DNA from: Macrostomum lignano
Taxonomy: Eukaryota
Direction: 5' to 3'
DNA length: 64,000 bases
Assembly (NCBI GenBank): GCA_002269645.1
Contig: NIVC01000423.1
Span: 1 to 64,000 of the forward strand
Within the stretch, counting starts at the first letter, position 1. Each line of letters starts with the position of its first letter. Under the pieces are notes generated by a model that worked only from the letters and a program-made list of their open reading frames with translations, had not been told where the DNA came from and did not search any database. A program made the translations under genes and the position numbers. Positions 47,801 through 60,200 of this stretch are shown here, piece by piece.

Positions 47801-48141
47801 GCGGCGGTGTCAACGACGCGTTCCGTTCTCGACCGCCGAACACCTCCAGACCGCCGTCGATGCATGTGGACGACTTTGAAAAGCTGTCGGAAGTTACAGG
47901 CGTTGAGCAGCAGCAGCAACAGCCGCTGCTCACGGACACTGGCGCTCCCGCCTCCGGCGGGTTCAGTTTTGTCGGTTTTGGCCATCCTCTGCATCTGCAG
48001 CATCCGCATCAGCAGCAGCAGATGCAGCACAGCATGCAAATGCACATGCAGATGATGTCGCAGCAGCTGCACCAGCCTAGGAGCACCTACGGCGCCAGGC
48101 CGGGCGGCCGGCGCGGCTACATGCGCGGTGGCAAGTATTGA
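26823..48141 (+). CDS. VIRMA: VIRMA/KIAA1429/virilizer, scaffold of the m6A writer complex
   Basis: 13 phase-compatible exons: 26823-26894, 32641-33747, 34153-34744, 35032-35258, 37084-37545, 38868-39722, 40281-40580, 41715-42173, 42947-43225, 44865-45167, 45904-46211, 46805-47377, 47511-48141. N-terminal VIR_N (LLFLDYFAH; ARIVPFGV; FEKVGDLKYDE; LVIRGTYSSLTLGVFG) and C-terminal FRSRPPNTSRPPSMHVDDF. Confidence 0.92.
27701..28747. mobile_element. Degenerate ~1-kb TIR element in VIRMA intron 1
   Basis: Left end GGTTCCCGCCGAAGTCGTCATATT resembles the reverse complement of the right end (GGGTGCAGCCGAAATTGTCATATT). Subterminal ARTCGTCAT motifs repeat at both ends. Confidence 0.4.
29790..30440. repeat. 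Pyrimidine tract followed by a long purine tract
   Basis: CT-rich at 29790-29925; AG-rich at 29985-30440. Confidence 0.9.
35340..37057. repeat. 20-bp minisatellite (~85 copies), VIRMA intron 4
   Basis: Unit CAGCCAATCCTTCAGCTACT. Confidence 0.98.
37595..38835. repeat. 34-35-bp minisatellite, VIRMA intron 5
   Basis: Unit CCTGAACCCTGTTCTCTGAAGCTTGTCCTGAGGT, with a HindIII site in most units. Confidence 0.97.
39770..40170. repeat. ~31-bp minisatellite, VIRMA intron 6
   Basis: Unit GATCCCAAATCCTGTGGGATCCCGGTTTCCC. Confidence 0.9.
40705..41510. repeat. 22-bp CT-rich minisatellite, VIRMA intron 7
   Basis: Unit CTCTCAGCCTCCTTCACTCTTC. Confidence 0.97.
42255..42810. repeat. 23-bp minisatellite, VIRMA intron 8
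   Basis: Unit CTCAAATCCCATGCTCAGAAATC. Confidence 0.95.
43255..44735. repeat. 21-bp minisatellite (~70 copies), VIRMA intron 9
   Basis: Unit AGTGTCTAACAGGTGGGATTT. Confidence 0.98.
45170..45890. repeat. 27-bp minisatellite, VIRMA intron 10
   Basis: Unit TGTCAAAATGGACTCAAATCCCAAATG. Confidence 0.95.
46255..46650. repeat. GAGACAGACACT-type repeat, VIRMA intron 11
   Basis: 12-bp-based degenerate units. Confidence 0.9.
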
Positions 48142-48960
48142 GTCGCCGATATGTATCGAAAAAATACATAAACTAATAAATTGCTCTTCTGGGCAGCCTA
48201 AACTCGAACTGTGTGTAATTGTCTGTTTTGTTATTATTGCGTCTTACTATTATTATTATTATTAATAATAATATAATTAAAAATCTAAATTGCCTTCGAA
48301 AATAATGCTTGGCCTCGACAGTTTGTTAGATGCTGTTATATAATTTTTCTATAATTTTGTTAAGTTTTGTTTAATGCGGCCATCTTTCGTTGGCTAACAA
48401 AAAGTAATTTACCAGCGTAATTAATAAACTTCTACCAATTTTGTCGCAGCTTTTTGTATTCATTTTCGTGAGCTTCTTGCTGCTCTGACTATTGTTGTTT
48501 TCTTCTGTTTTAAATAAATAATCTATCCTTAATTCTTCTTCATTACAAAAGTTGTTCAGTTCTAGACTAGTTCTAATAACATTGGCTAAGCTTCCATCTC
48601 CGGTGCGTTGCTTGCTTGTTATATCATATGCAATTCCAACTTTGTTGATCAACAGAAATTAAATAATAAATAACTGAATTGCTTGCAAAGCTTGCAACCC
48701 GCTTTACTGCAACAGTTTTCGGGTCTCTTCAGAACAATATCTAACGGGTTGCATATAGAAATTTGTTCTTTTTTGCTACAGAATTGATTGGCTTGGTCTT
48801 TATTTGAATTCTTGGAAAGTTAATGTTTTAAACAGTTTTTGGTATTTGGCCTCTGAAGAACTCACAGCAAGTGTAGTTTTTGCAGCAACGTGCGATATAA
48901 CGATAAAATGTTTACAGATTGCAACTGGAAAACCGCCCGCCTAGGCTGACTAACTCCTGT

Positions 48961-50066
48961 GTTGCGCAATCGGTCCGTGGGCCACGCCACAACTCTCAAA
49001 ACCAGACAGAGCCCGCCCACCACCCCACTAGCTGGCGGCCCTTCACCCTCCCCCTCTCGACCCCCACCCCAACTGGAGAACTGACAAGGGGCCACATCTG
49101 TGCGTCGGTTGAGAGATTGGGGTGGGTGACTGTCTGGTTCACCCACCCCATCCTCCGTCCCAGCACCCCTTCGTTCTCTTGCTTAGCGCTGCGCACCCCC
49201 TCCCCTAACCCCCTGCACGAGTGCGGGCCTGACTAAACTGCGTCGCCACACTATTCCAGCATGGCCACGCGCTTCAGGCCTGCGCACAGTCAGCAGGCTC
49301 TCGGCCCCCCCCAAACGATCTGCTTTAGCTATCCCGCTAGAAGCTCCTCTCCTTCAACACGGGGGAGAGCTAGGAGCGAGAGGGGTGTGAGAGTTCTTTC
49401 TCTCTCTCCCTACCCTCGACATTGGCATCGCCGTATATTCAGCCAGAAGCGGCAGACTGCATATATATGGCTTAGCTAAGAAAATTTAGATGGACTAGAC
49501 TAGAAGATCAGCATTCTACCAGAAGCTAAACCGTATGCGAAAAAAAATTGACATGCACTCAATAGCAGTTATTTTCAGTAGTAAAAGATCCCAGGCGTGA
49601 GGTAAGTGCAATAAATTAGTTCTTGCGAATAATTATAAAAAACTGACAAAGGAGCCTTGGCTGCCTCATCTTTCATGCGCGTTGTGTGCGGTAACCGATT
49701 GCGTCATCACGCTGTGGTGTGTGTGCCCGCGACTCCCTAAAGTTATAGCCTAACTAGTTAGTTACGTCATCAATTGGAGCAGAGCATTCATTGCTAGCAG
49801 GCCGGGCCACCGGGAGGGGGACCAAGGCAAACTGGTCCACCTTAGTCTTGCCTTCGGTGATCTTCGAGTCTTTCAACCGTGTGTGTGTGTGAGTGAGTTA
49901 TGCAACAATTCGCCCGATCCATATAAATTTCTCTCGCTTTTAAAGGCAACCACCTCGATCCGTCTGCGATTGAAATTCTTTCTTATTCGGTCATCAGTGT
50001 TTCCAGTTTTCCAATTATCTCATTCATTCACATAGTCTGGGACTGATAAAGACAGGCTTACGTAAC
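48961..50066. promoter_or_regulatory. Cluster of PAR/C-EBP/ATF-type bZIP binding motifs upstream of the PAR-bZIP CDS
   Basis: GTTGCGCAAT at 48961, ATTGCGTCAT at 49698, GTTACGTCAT at 49761, GTTATGCAAC at 49897, CTTACGTAAC at 50057; TATA-like ATATATAT at 49461. Confidence 0.5.
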
Positions 50067-50235
50067 TGACTGACTACCGAAGTTGATACAAAAGCTGGGT
50101 TGGATTCTGAGTTCTCGTATAGTTTAGGTCCGACAACTTGCATCAAGAGAAACTGAGCCATAATGCAGCAAGATAATTTTCATTCTCCGTCGTCTCGCCC
50201 ACAGTTCGGCCTGCACTTAAGCGCCAGTCACCGCC

Positions 50236-51360
50236 ATGAACAGTCTGGTCTCACAGGTGGCGGCCACGGCGAGGCTCACTCAGCTGACGGTGCCATCGAC
50301 CGTGTCATCAGCGTCGACAACTTCAGCAGTCGTGACTGCAGTAACATCTACCGCCAACGACTCTGTCGCCAAGAAAGACCTCCTTGATCTTGACTGTTCA
50401 GTCTCACCGCCGCTCCACAGCAGCGGCAGTTCCTACCCGGGCATAACCAATCGGTACCCGCCCCCGGCAACCGAGCTGGTTAGCAACAGCGGCTGCTACC
50501 TGCAGGGCAGTTCTTGGAGCCCCGGCAGCTCGCTGCTTTCTCAGCATCACCAGCATCATCATCAGCCGATGCTCAGCTCAGCATTTCAAGACTACGGCGG
50601 TGGGCTGAACAGTTTGCAGTCATCGCCTCCTCAGCATCCGCAGCAGCAGCACCATCAGCTGCATCATCTGCATTCTCAGCCTCAGCACCAGCAGCAGCAG
50701 CAGCACTATAACCTGCAGCCGAGCATGTACGACTTGACTGTGAGTAGTCGGCATCAGCATCCGCATCACCTGACTCAGCATCATCACCTGCAGCCGCCAC
50801 TCCCGCCGATGCCGCCTCATCAGCAAGGCCTATCGACAGAGCAGCCTCAACAGCAGCAACAGCAGCAGCTGAAGCCGCCATTCGCTTCCTACCTCCCGCT
50901 GTGCCATCAGCCACTTGGCGACGGCCTGTCGGGCGTGTCATCTACCGTCTATCACTCCGCGGCCACCGGTGGACTCGTGACGAAAGGCGCCACGCCACCA
51001 AATCAGCTGCCGCCGCCGCCACCGCCACCGCCTCCGCCACCGCCGCCGCCACCCGCCAACAGCGGCAGCAGCAAAAGCAGCAGCTGCTCGCCGCCAGCCT
51101 CAGGCGGTCGCGGCTCCCGCCCGGACAAGCGTCCGGTGCCGGACAGTCAGAAAGACATTAAGTACTTTGAACGGCGCAAACGAAACAACGAGGCAGCGAA
51201 AAAGTCTCGCGACGCGCGCAAGCACCGCGAAGACGAGATCGCCGTTCGGGCGAGCTTCCTGGAGAAGGAGAACGCCGTGCTGAAGGCCCAGATGGCCTCG
51301 CTGAGGGAGGAGGCCAACTCGCTGAGAGAGCTGCTGCGCAAGCACTCCGGGCTCCGGTGA
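50236..51360 (+). CDS. PAR-family bZIP transcription factor (giant/CES-2/HLF-like), intronless CDS
   Basis: 374-aa ORF with Q/H/P-rich N-terminus and C-terminal [54 protein letters not shown]. Probable 5'UTR intron 49602-50204. Confidence 0.9.
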   Translation: MNSLVSQVAATARLTQLTVPSTVSSASTTSAVVTAVTSTANDSVAKKDLLDLDCSVSPPLHSSGSSYPGITNRYPPPATELVSNSGCYLQGSSWSPGSSLLSQHHQHHHQPMLSSAFQDYGGGLNSLQSSPPQHPQQQHHQLHHLHSQPQHQQQQQHYNLQPSMYDLTVSSRHQHPHHLTQHHHLQPPLPPMPPHQQGLSTEQPQQQQQQQLKPPFASYLPLCHQPLGDGLSGVSSTVYHSAATGGLVTKGATPPNQLPPPPPPPPPPPPPPPANSGSSKSSSCSPPASGGRGSRPDKRPVPDSQKDIKYFERRKRNNEAAKKSRDARKHREDEIAVRASFLEKENAVLKAQMASLREEANSLRELLRKHSGLR

Positions 51361-52284
51361 CCGCTGTGGCATGCATGACTCAGCCCTCGGCTACCGATTA
51401 ATATTCCCACTTTCCTAACTACACTACTGACCACTGCCGGAGTCAGTAGCATAGTTTGAGTTTATTTCTCTTTAGATTTTAAATTTGTCAATATGAAAGT
51501 GTCGAAATAAGATATTTTTAGCGGAAAGCATTTTCTGACGCGTGTAATTTTTACTTTAACGTACAGAGTTGCACTAACTCTGATTTTGTTGAATTCATTA
51601 AAGCTCAGCGTCTTTTATTTTCTATTCCTTTCCATATGTACATGCATTGGTCCCCGATTCAGCGATTCAAATTGGTGCAAGTTTCTTTTATTTAATATTT
51701 AAACAAACTTTGCTAGAAGCTTTCAGCTCAGGATTTATTTAAAAAAGCGTTCGCAAACCCTGCTCAGCCATTTTTGACTGTTGTCCCTAATTTTGTTTTT
51801 CAACTGCCAAGCCTGATTTTTTTGGTAGAAATTATCTTCTTCAATTCAGAAACTGAACCGGTCAATCAAACTGATTACTTCCCATTCTCTCAGGTCAATT
51901 GTCAGTCCCAGTGAATACCGCACGAGGCTCACCGCATTCTTTTTGATGTTGTGATCATTTCGAATTGCTACCTCTAAAGTTGGTTTGTTTGTTTGTTGTC
52001 AAGGCTTTTGTTTGTTCGTAAATTAAGTTTCCCGCACATGTCCCCAGAGACTTTCCTTATACACAAACCTGCTTAAATTTATTCGAAACATGCGAGGACT
52101 TGTTAATGAATTATTATGTATATTCATTTAACTAATTTCAATACATTTCGATATTGTTGAGCTAACATATCGGAGTCAATGACACTTGCTTGCGATTGCT
52201 AATACTGATCTTTTTAGCGATATAGGATTGTTAATATGCAGTTTTTGTGTTCAATGTTCAATTATCCTACCTTTATATCTCTCT

Positions 52285-53580
52285 GTCTTCTTCCTGTCTA
52301 CTTCTCCCTGCCTACTTCTTTCTACTAACTTCTTCCTGTCTACTTCTTTCTACTAACTTCTCCCTGCCTACTTCTTTCTACTAACTTCTTCCTGTCTACT
52401 TCTCCCTACCTACTTCTTCATGTCTACTTCTCCCTTCCTACTTCTTCATGTCTACTTCTCCCTTCCTACTTCTTCATGTCTACTTTTTCCTTCTTCCTGT
52501 CTACTTCTTTCTATCAACTTCTCTCTGTCTACTGCTCCCTACCTACTTCTCCTTGCCTACTTTCTTCTGTCTACTTCTTCCTGTTTAATTCTTTCTATCA
52601 ACTTCTTCCTGCCTACTTCTTCATGTCTACTTCTCCCTTCCTACTTCTTCATGTCTACTTCTCCCTTCCTACTTCTTCATGTCTACTTCTCCCTTCCTAC
52701 TTCTTCATGTCTACTTTTTCCTTCTTCCTGTCTACTTCTTTCTATCAACTTCTCTCTGTCTACTGCTCCCTACCTACTTCTGCCTGCCTACTTCTTCCTG
52801 CCTACTTCTTTCTACTAACTTCTTCCTGTCTACTTCTCCCTACCTACTTCTTCATGTCTACTTCTCCCTTCCTACTTCTTCATGTCTACTTCTCCCTTCC
52901 TACTTCTTCATGTCTACTTTTTCCTTCTTCCTGTCTACTTCTTTCTATCAACTTCTCTCTGTCTACTGCTCCCTACCTACTTCTCCTTGCCTACTTTCTT
53001 CTGTCTACTTCTTCCTGTTTAATTCTTTCTATCAACTTCTTCCTGCCTACTTCTTCATGTCTACTTCTCCCTTCCTACTTCTTCATGTCTACTTCTCCCT
53101 TCCTACTTCTTCATGTCTACTTCTCCCTTCCTACTTCTTCATGTCTACTTCTCCCTTCCTACTTCTTCATGTCTACTTCTCCCTTCCTACTTCTTCATGT
53201 CTACTTCTCCCTTCCTACTTCTTCATGTCTACTTTTTCCTTCTTCCTGTCTACTTCTTTCTATCAACTTCTCTCTGTCTACTGCTCCCTACCTACTTCTG
53301 CCTGCCTACTTCTTCCTGCCTACTTCTTTCTACTAACTTCTTCCTGTCTACTTCTCCCTACCTACTTCTTCATGTCTACTTCTCCCTTCCTACTTCTTCA
53401 TGTCTACTTTTTCCTTCTTCCTGTCTACTTCTTTCTATCAACTTCTCTCTGTCTACTGCTCCCTACCTACTTCTCCTTGCCTACTTTTTTCTGTCTACTT
53501 CTTCCTGTTTAATTCTTTCTATCAACTTCTTCCTGTCTAATTCTCCTTACCTACTTCTTCATGTCTACTTCTCCCTATCT
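52285..53580. repeat. CT-rich composite satellite with higher-order structure, between the bZIP and EML genes
   Basis: CTACTTCTTC/CATGTCTACTTCTCCCTTC subunits arranged in recurring longer blocks. Confidence 0.95.
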
Positions 53581-54295
53581 GCTTCTCTCTGCTTATTTCT
53601 TGCTCCTCACATCAGGTGGAAAATTCCCAAGCAAAAATTGGAAGCCAAAAGCTTCAAGGGCGTGCGAGCTCGGGGTCCAGAATCGGGGTGCACCTCAGGC
53701 GGCAGAGAAGCAAGTATTGCGATAAATGTTTATTATACTATAGACATTGAGAATATTAAACGCTCAATATTCTAAGCTTATAGGTTGAGAAACTACTTAA
53801 GCTGCAGTAGTATTTGCAGGTAATAATAAAATGATAATTAGGATTAAAATTGCGGATGGGGCATCAGCTGCAGGTGATAAATTCCAAGAGGAAAGGACAG
53901 TTTTAGCACAGACAGCTGCAAACCGACGCGACAAAACTATATGAATAAAAATCAGCTGCAATATTACTAACGTCCTACTGCTCCGTGGGGTTAGTTAGTA
54001 GTCAGTTGCGAAAATCAATCACATATCGAAGTTAGGAAATTTCGAAATCGACAAAAAACCAGCTGAGAAACAGTCTCAGTATTCTTTTTTTAATCATCGA
54101 AATAAAAATTGAAGTTTAAAGTTCAAGAGAAATTGCTAAATAGGATAAGCTTAGCAGAGCCAATAACCAAATCAACGCGTTTTCAAGGAGAAAAGTTTTA
54201 CTGTTACATGCGACTAGTTTTACAACTGATTAAAGCTTTCTATTCCACATTTCTATTATCAATTAGAAGTCCTTGATTCAGCAGTCCAGATGCTG

Positions 54296-57200
54296 TCAGG
54301 CAATCTCCCACTGCAACACGGCGGTGTCCTTGCCTCCTGTGGACAGCAGCCTGGAGCTGTCTCGCAGGAACCGTACATTGGTCACGTGACTGGAGTGCCC
54401 GGCCGCGGCGTGGCCCTTCGACCGAGGCTGGAAACAGGGATACCTGTAGAGGCACACCTGGCCGAAATCGTCCCCGGTGGCTACCAGCTGACGGTCGAAG
54501 CTGCGGTCGCTGGCGTTGATGTCCGTGCCGTCAGCGCCCTCCGGCCAGACGCCGGCGGTGTCGAAGCTGATGGCGCACCGTTGGCTCGCCCACTCGGAGT
54601 CGCGCAGGCTGGACGGGGAGCTCACCTGGGCACGGGGGGGGGCGGTTTGCCGTGGGATGGGAATGCCGACTGGCCGGCTGCGGAATAACCTGGACACCAG
54701 GTCTCTGGCATCCTCTCGCTTCCCAACTGCGCTCCGCTCTCTGCCTCTCTGAGACTCTGCTGTCTCCCTCTCTCTCTCCCTCTACACTCTAACCTTTCCC
54801 TCTTCACCCTCTCCCTCTCCGCCCTCTGCCTCTTTACCCTCTCCCTCTCCACTCCACCCTCTCCCTCTCCGCCCTCTCCCTCTTTGCCCTCTCCCTCTCC
54901 GCCCTCTCTCTCTCCGCCCTCTCCCTCTGCCCTCTCCCTCTCCGCCCTCTCTCTCTCCGCCCTCTCCCTCTTTGCCCTCTCCCTCTCCGCCCTCTCCCTC
55001 TCCGCCCTCTCCCTCTCCGCCCTCTCCCTCTCCCTCTCCCTCTTTCACTCCCCTCTCGCTGCCGTCACCCGTCAGCCCTTCAGCCCGAGCCGCATCTCAC
55101 CTGCCGGCAGTTGGCGGCAGTCCAGAACAGCAGCTCGTAGTCGCCCGAGTTAGAGCGCAGGTGGACGCAGTCGGCAGACCAGTCCAGGTGGGTGATGAAG
55201 GACGAGTGACCGCAGCAGCGACCGATTCTCGAATACTTGCGCCCGGCCTCGGTGCAGGCGAACACGTAGATGCTGTTGTCCCGGGAGCCCAGGGCCAGCA
55301 TTGACCCGTCTGGTGGTGGCGCGTTTGAGTATGCCAGTCTGAGTAGCCTATGCCAGTCTGAGTAGCCTGTGCCAGTCTGAGTAGCCTGTGCCAGTCTGAG
55401 TAGCCTATGCCAGTCTGAGTAGCCTGTGCCAGTCTGAGTAGCCTGTGCCAGTCTGAGTAGCCTGTGCCAGTCTGAGTAGCCCAACCAAGCCTCACCGCAT
55501 CTCACACCAATCTCACCCCAGTCTCACCCCAGTCTCACAACAGTCTCATCCCAGCCTCACTCCAGTCTCACCCCAGTCTAACTCAGTCTCACCCAGTCTC
55601 ACCCCAGTCTCACCCCAGTCTCACCCCAGTCTCACCTCAGTCTCACCCCAGTCTCACCTCAGTCTCACCTCAGTCTCACATCAGTCTCATCCCAGCCTCA
55701 CTCCAGTCTCACCCCAGTCTAACTCAGTCTCACCCAGTCTCACCCCAGTCTCACCCCAGTCTCACCCCAGTCTCACCTCAGTCTCACCCCAGTCTCACCT
55801 CAGTCTCACCTCAGTCTCACATCAGTCTCACATCAGTCTCACCCCAGTCTCACCCCAGTCTCACCCCAGTCTCACAACAGGCTCACCCCAGTCTCATCCA
55901 AGCCTCACTTCAGTCTCACCCCAGTCTAACTCAATCTCACCCCAGTCTCACCCCAGTCTCACCCCAGTCTCACCCCAGTCTCACCCCAGTCCCACCCTAG
56001 TCTCACCCCAGTCTCACCCCAGTCTCACCCCAGTCTCACCCCAGTCTCACCCCAGTCTCACCCCAGTCCCACCCTAGTCTCACCCCAGTCTCACCCAGTC
56101 TCACCCCAGTCTCACCCCAGTCTCACCCCAGTCTCACCCCAGTCTCACCCCAGTCCCACCCTAGTCTCACCCCAGTCTCACCCAGTCTCACCCCAGTCTC
56201 ACCCCAGTCTCATCCAAGCCTCACTCCAGTCTCACCCCAGTCTCACAACAGTCTCACCCCAGTCTCACCCCAGTCTCACCCCAGTCTCACAACAGTCTCA
56301 CCCCAGTCTCATCCAAGCCTCACTCCAGTCTCACCCCAGTCTAACTCAGTCTCACCCCAGTCTCACCCCAGTCTCACCCCAGTCCCACTCCCAGTCTCAC
56401 CCGGAGAAAACTCCAGACACTCAATCTGCTCGGAGCCGTCCGTGTGCACCGCGGCAATGTCTCCGCACCGCTGAGCATCCAGCACGTACCAGCGGCCGTT
56501 CTGACAGCCAACAGCCAGCGTCTCGCCGCTGGGATGGAAGGCCAGACAATGACCCTGATCGGTGATCTCCCGAGACCAGACTGTCTGGTGGGTGAGCGCG
56601 TCCCAGACTGTCACGAGGCGGTCGCTGCCGGCCGTGGCAAACTGCAGCTGGCTGGGATGGCTGGCCAGGCCCCACAGCTCGTCCGAGTGTCCGGACACGA
56701 TGGGAGTCAGGGAGGCGGCCAGATCGAGGGCGCCCTGCAGAATGCAGTTCCGGGTGGTGCCCACTAGCAGGGCGTTGCCGGGGCCCTGCGGTTGGCGGCG
56801 GTTGGAGGCAAGCAGTCACGCTCAGTACACCTCTGATCTTTGTGCGCGCACACCACATGCTCACAGAGGGTGTACAGCTGCAACACTACAAAATGTACCG
56901 AAACTAAAAGTACACTACAAAATGCACTAAACTAAAATTACAACAGGATGAACTAAACTAAAAGTACACTACAAAATTTACTAAAGTAAAAGTACACTAC
57001 AGGATGTACGGAACTAAAGGTACACTTAAAATGTATTTAGCTAAAAGTACACTACAAAATGTACTTAGCTAAAAGTACACTACAAAAATGTACTAGACTA
57101 AAAGTATGCGTCAGAATATACCAAAACTTAAAGTACACTGCAAAATGTACTAAAATAAAAGTACACTAGAAAATTTACTAACTAAGAGAACACTACAGAA

Positions 57201-60200
57201 TGTACAAAAGCAACACTGTACATTCCATAATGAAATACATCCGTATACCAAAAGTACACATCAGACTGCAATAATACAAAATGCAAACTTGAGCTACCTG
57301 AGCCAAGGTACGAATCGGTCCGTACTGCTCCGGCACGGTAGCCTCGGCCCCAGTCCGATTGTAGGCCGAGTCCCACTGCACCAGCCTGCGGTCCCGGCCG
57401 CCGGAGACCAGCTTGTCGTCTTTCATAGCGCACAGGCTGAAAATGCCGCCTTCGTGAGCCCCGGTCACGGCCTGGCCAATCCGGTTGGAGCCGCGGGGCC
57501 ACACCAGGATGCTGCCGTTCGAGTCTCCCGTGATCAGATCGCCGTTTTGGGAGAATGTCAGGCAGAGCACGAACTTCGGCTTGTCGTGCTTCTGCGTCAG
57601 GGGAGATTTCGGTTATTGGAAGGATTTTGGAGTTGTTGGGCTTTCAGGGATCAATTTGGGATTTGTAGTGAGCATCCCATGATAGTGATTCTGGACCGGG
57701 GATCTGGGATGGGGATTCTGGACCGGGGATCTGGGATGGGGATTCTGGACTGGGGATCTGGGATGGGGATTCTTGACTGGGGATCTGGGATAGGGATTCT
57801 GGATTGGGGATCTGGGATGGGGATCTGGGATGGGAATCTGGGATGGGGATTCTGGATTAAGGATCTGGGATGGGGATATGGGATGGGAATCTGGAATGGG
57901 GATCTCGGATGGGGATTCTGGATTGGGGATCTGGGATAAGGATCCGGGATGGGGATCTGGAATGGAGATCTGTGATGGGGATCTGGGATAAGGATCCGGG
58001 ATGGGGATCTGGAATGGAGATCTGTGATGGGGATCTGGGATAAGGATCCGGGATGGGGATCTGGAATGGGGATCTGTGATGGGGATCTGGGATGGGGATC
58101 TGGGATGGGGATCTGGGATAAGGATCTGGGATGGGGATCTGGAATGGGGATCTGTGATGGGGATCTGGGATGGGGATCTGGGATGGGGATCTGGGATAAG
58201 GATCTGGGATGGGGATCTGGAATGGGGATCTGTGATGGGGATCTGGGATACGGATCTGGGATGTGGATCTGGGATAAGGATCTGGGATGTGGATCTGGGA
58301 TGGGGATCTGGGATGGGAATCTGTGATGGGTATCTGGGATGGGGATCTGGGATACGAAAATTGGGTGAGTGTTGAAAGTGCTCAATCAGTATCCATAAAC
58401 CGATTCCCAGGTGCCCAGGCCTCACATCGTAAATCCCATTCTTCCTAGTCAGCTGACATCCCTCCAGAGTCCAGAAGGCCAGCTGGTTCTTGCCGCAGGT
58501 AATGATAACCCCGGCATCCAATGGGTGGCACTCGCAAGCCAGCACAGGTTCAGTTGAAGTCTTTGTTTCCGTCAGCTTGTGACCGCGGCTCCAGTCCCAC
58601 ACGGAGATGGCGTGCTCATTGGCGTCGTCAACCACGCACAGGTGGGTGCCTCCGTCTGCTCTGCTGAAGGCGAGGCAGCTGACCGCGCGCTCGAAGTCTC
58701 CAAGTCCAAGCACATGAAGAGTGGTGAGGTCCACGCTGCTCCAGATGCGGACGTGGGGCTGCGGGGCGGGGGGTAGAGTGCAGGTCACAGGTGAGGTCAT
58801 GACTCATATGACTGGGGTCATGACCTTAGTGTACGTGATATGGCTGGGGTCATGACCTTTAGTATACGGGATATAGCTGGGGTCATGACCTTCAGTGTAC
58901 GGGATAGAGATGAGGTCATGACCCTAGTGTACGGGATAGAGATGAGGTCATGACCCTAGTGTACGGGATAGAGATGAGGTCATGACCTTAGTGTACGGGA
59001 TAGAGATGAGGTCATGACCCTAGTGTACGGGATAGAGATGAGGTCATGACCCTAGTGTACGGGATAGAGATGAGGTCATGACCCTAGTGTACGGGATAGA
59101 GATGAGGTCATGACCCTAGTGTACGGGATAGAGATGAGGTCATGACCTTAGTGTACGGGATAGAGATGAGGTCATGACCCTAGTGTACGGGATAGAGATG
59201 AGGTCATGACCTTAGTGTACGGGATAGAGATGAGGTCATGACCCTAGTGTACGGGATAGAGATGAGGTCATGACCCTAGTGTTCGTGATGATAGAGATGA
59301 GGTCATGACCTTAGTGTTCGTGATAGAGATGAGGTCATGACCTTAATGTACGGGATAGAGAAGAGGTCAAGACCTTAGTGTATGGGATAGAGATGAGGTC
59401 ATGACCTTAGTGTTCGTGATAGAGATGAGGTCATGACCTTAGTGTTCGTGATAGAGATGAGGTCATGACCTTAATGTACGGGATAGAGAAGAGGTCAAGA
59501 CCTTGGTGTACGGGATAGAGATGAGGTCATGACCTTAGTGTTCGTGATAGAGATGAGGTCATGACCTTAATGTACGGGATAGAGAAGAGGTCAAGACCTT
59601 AGTGTATGGGATAGAGATGAGGTCATGACCTTAGTGTTCGTGATAGAGATGAGGTCATGACCTTAGTGTTCGTGATAGAGATGAGGTCATGACCTTAATG
59701 TACGGGATAGAGAAGAGGTCAAGACCTTGGTGTACGGGATAGAGATGAGGTCATGAGGTCACCAAAAGAAGCAGATCCTCACCTTTCCCTGCTTCTTATC
59801 GTGCCCAGCAACCTGACCAGAGGCCATGGTGATTCGATCCGGGTGCACTGCCAAGCACTTCACATCGTCATTGTGCCCCGTGTAGTGGCGCTGGGTGCCC
59901 TCCTCAACATTGTGCAGCACAACCACGCTAGCCACAAAGTAGACCAGCTCCCCAGTTGGCAGGTGGTAAAGGTTAGACCGGCAGTCTCGACCTCTGTAGC
60001 CGTAGACCCACTCGAGTTTGAGTTGAGTGTTCGGAGCCTCGCCGATCTCTTTGGCAGACAGCTGATCGCCAATATCGCTGGGAGCGTAGAGATTGACAGC
60101 TCGGCCACGTAGGTAAATTCTCAGGATGCCTTCCTCTGGTGAGAACGGTGGGGTTTGATTTGGGCAGATAAACTGGACTGTGTAAAGAAAAGACCCTGAG

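Noticed and set aside
48862-49479. GC-rich ORFs upstream of the bZIP gene
   Set aside because: No recognisable protein motif; more consistent with promoter or 5'UTR DNA.
50514-51452. Overlapping alternative-frame and antisense ORFs over the bZIP, VIRMA and LINE coding regions
   Set aside because: Expected shadow ORFs of GC-rich, codon-biased coding DNA.
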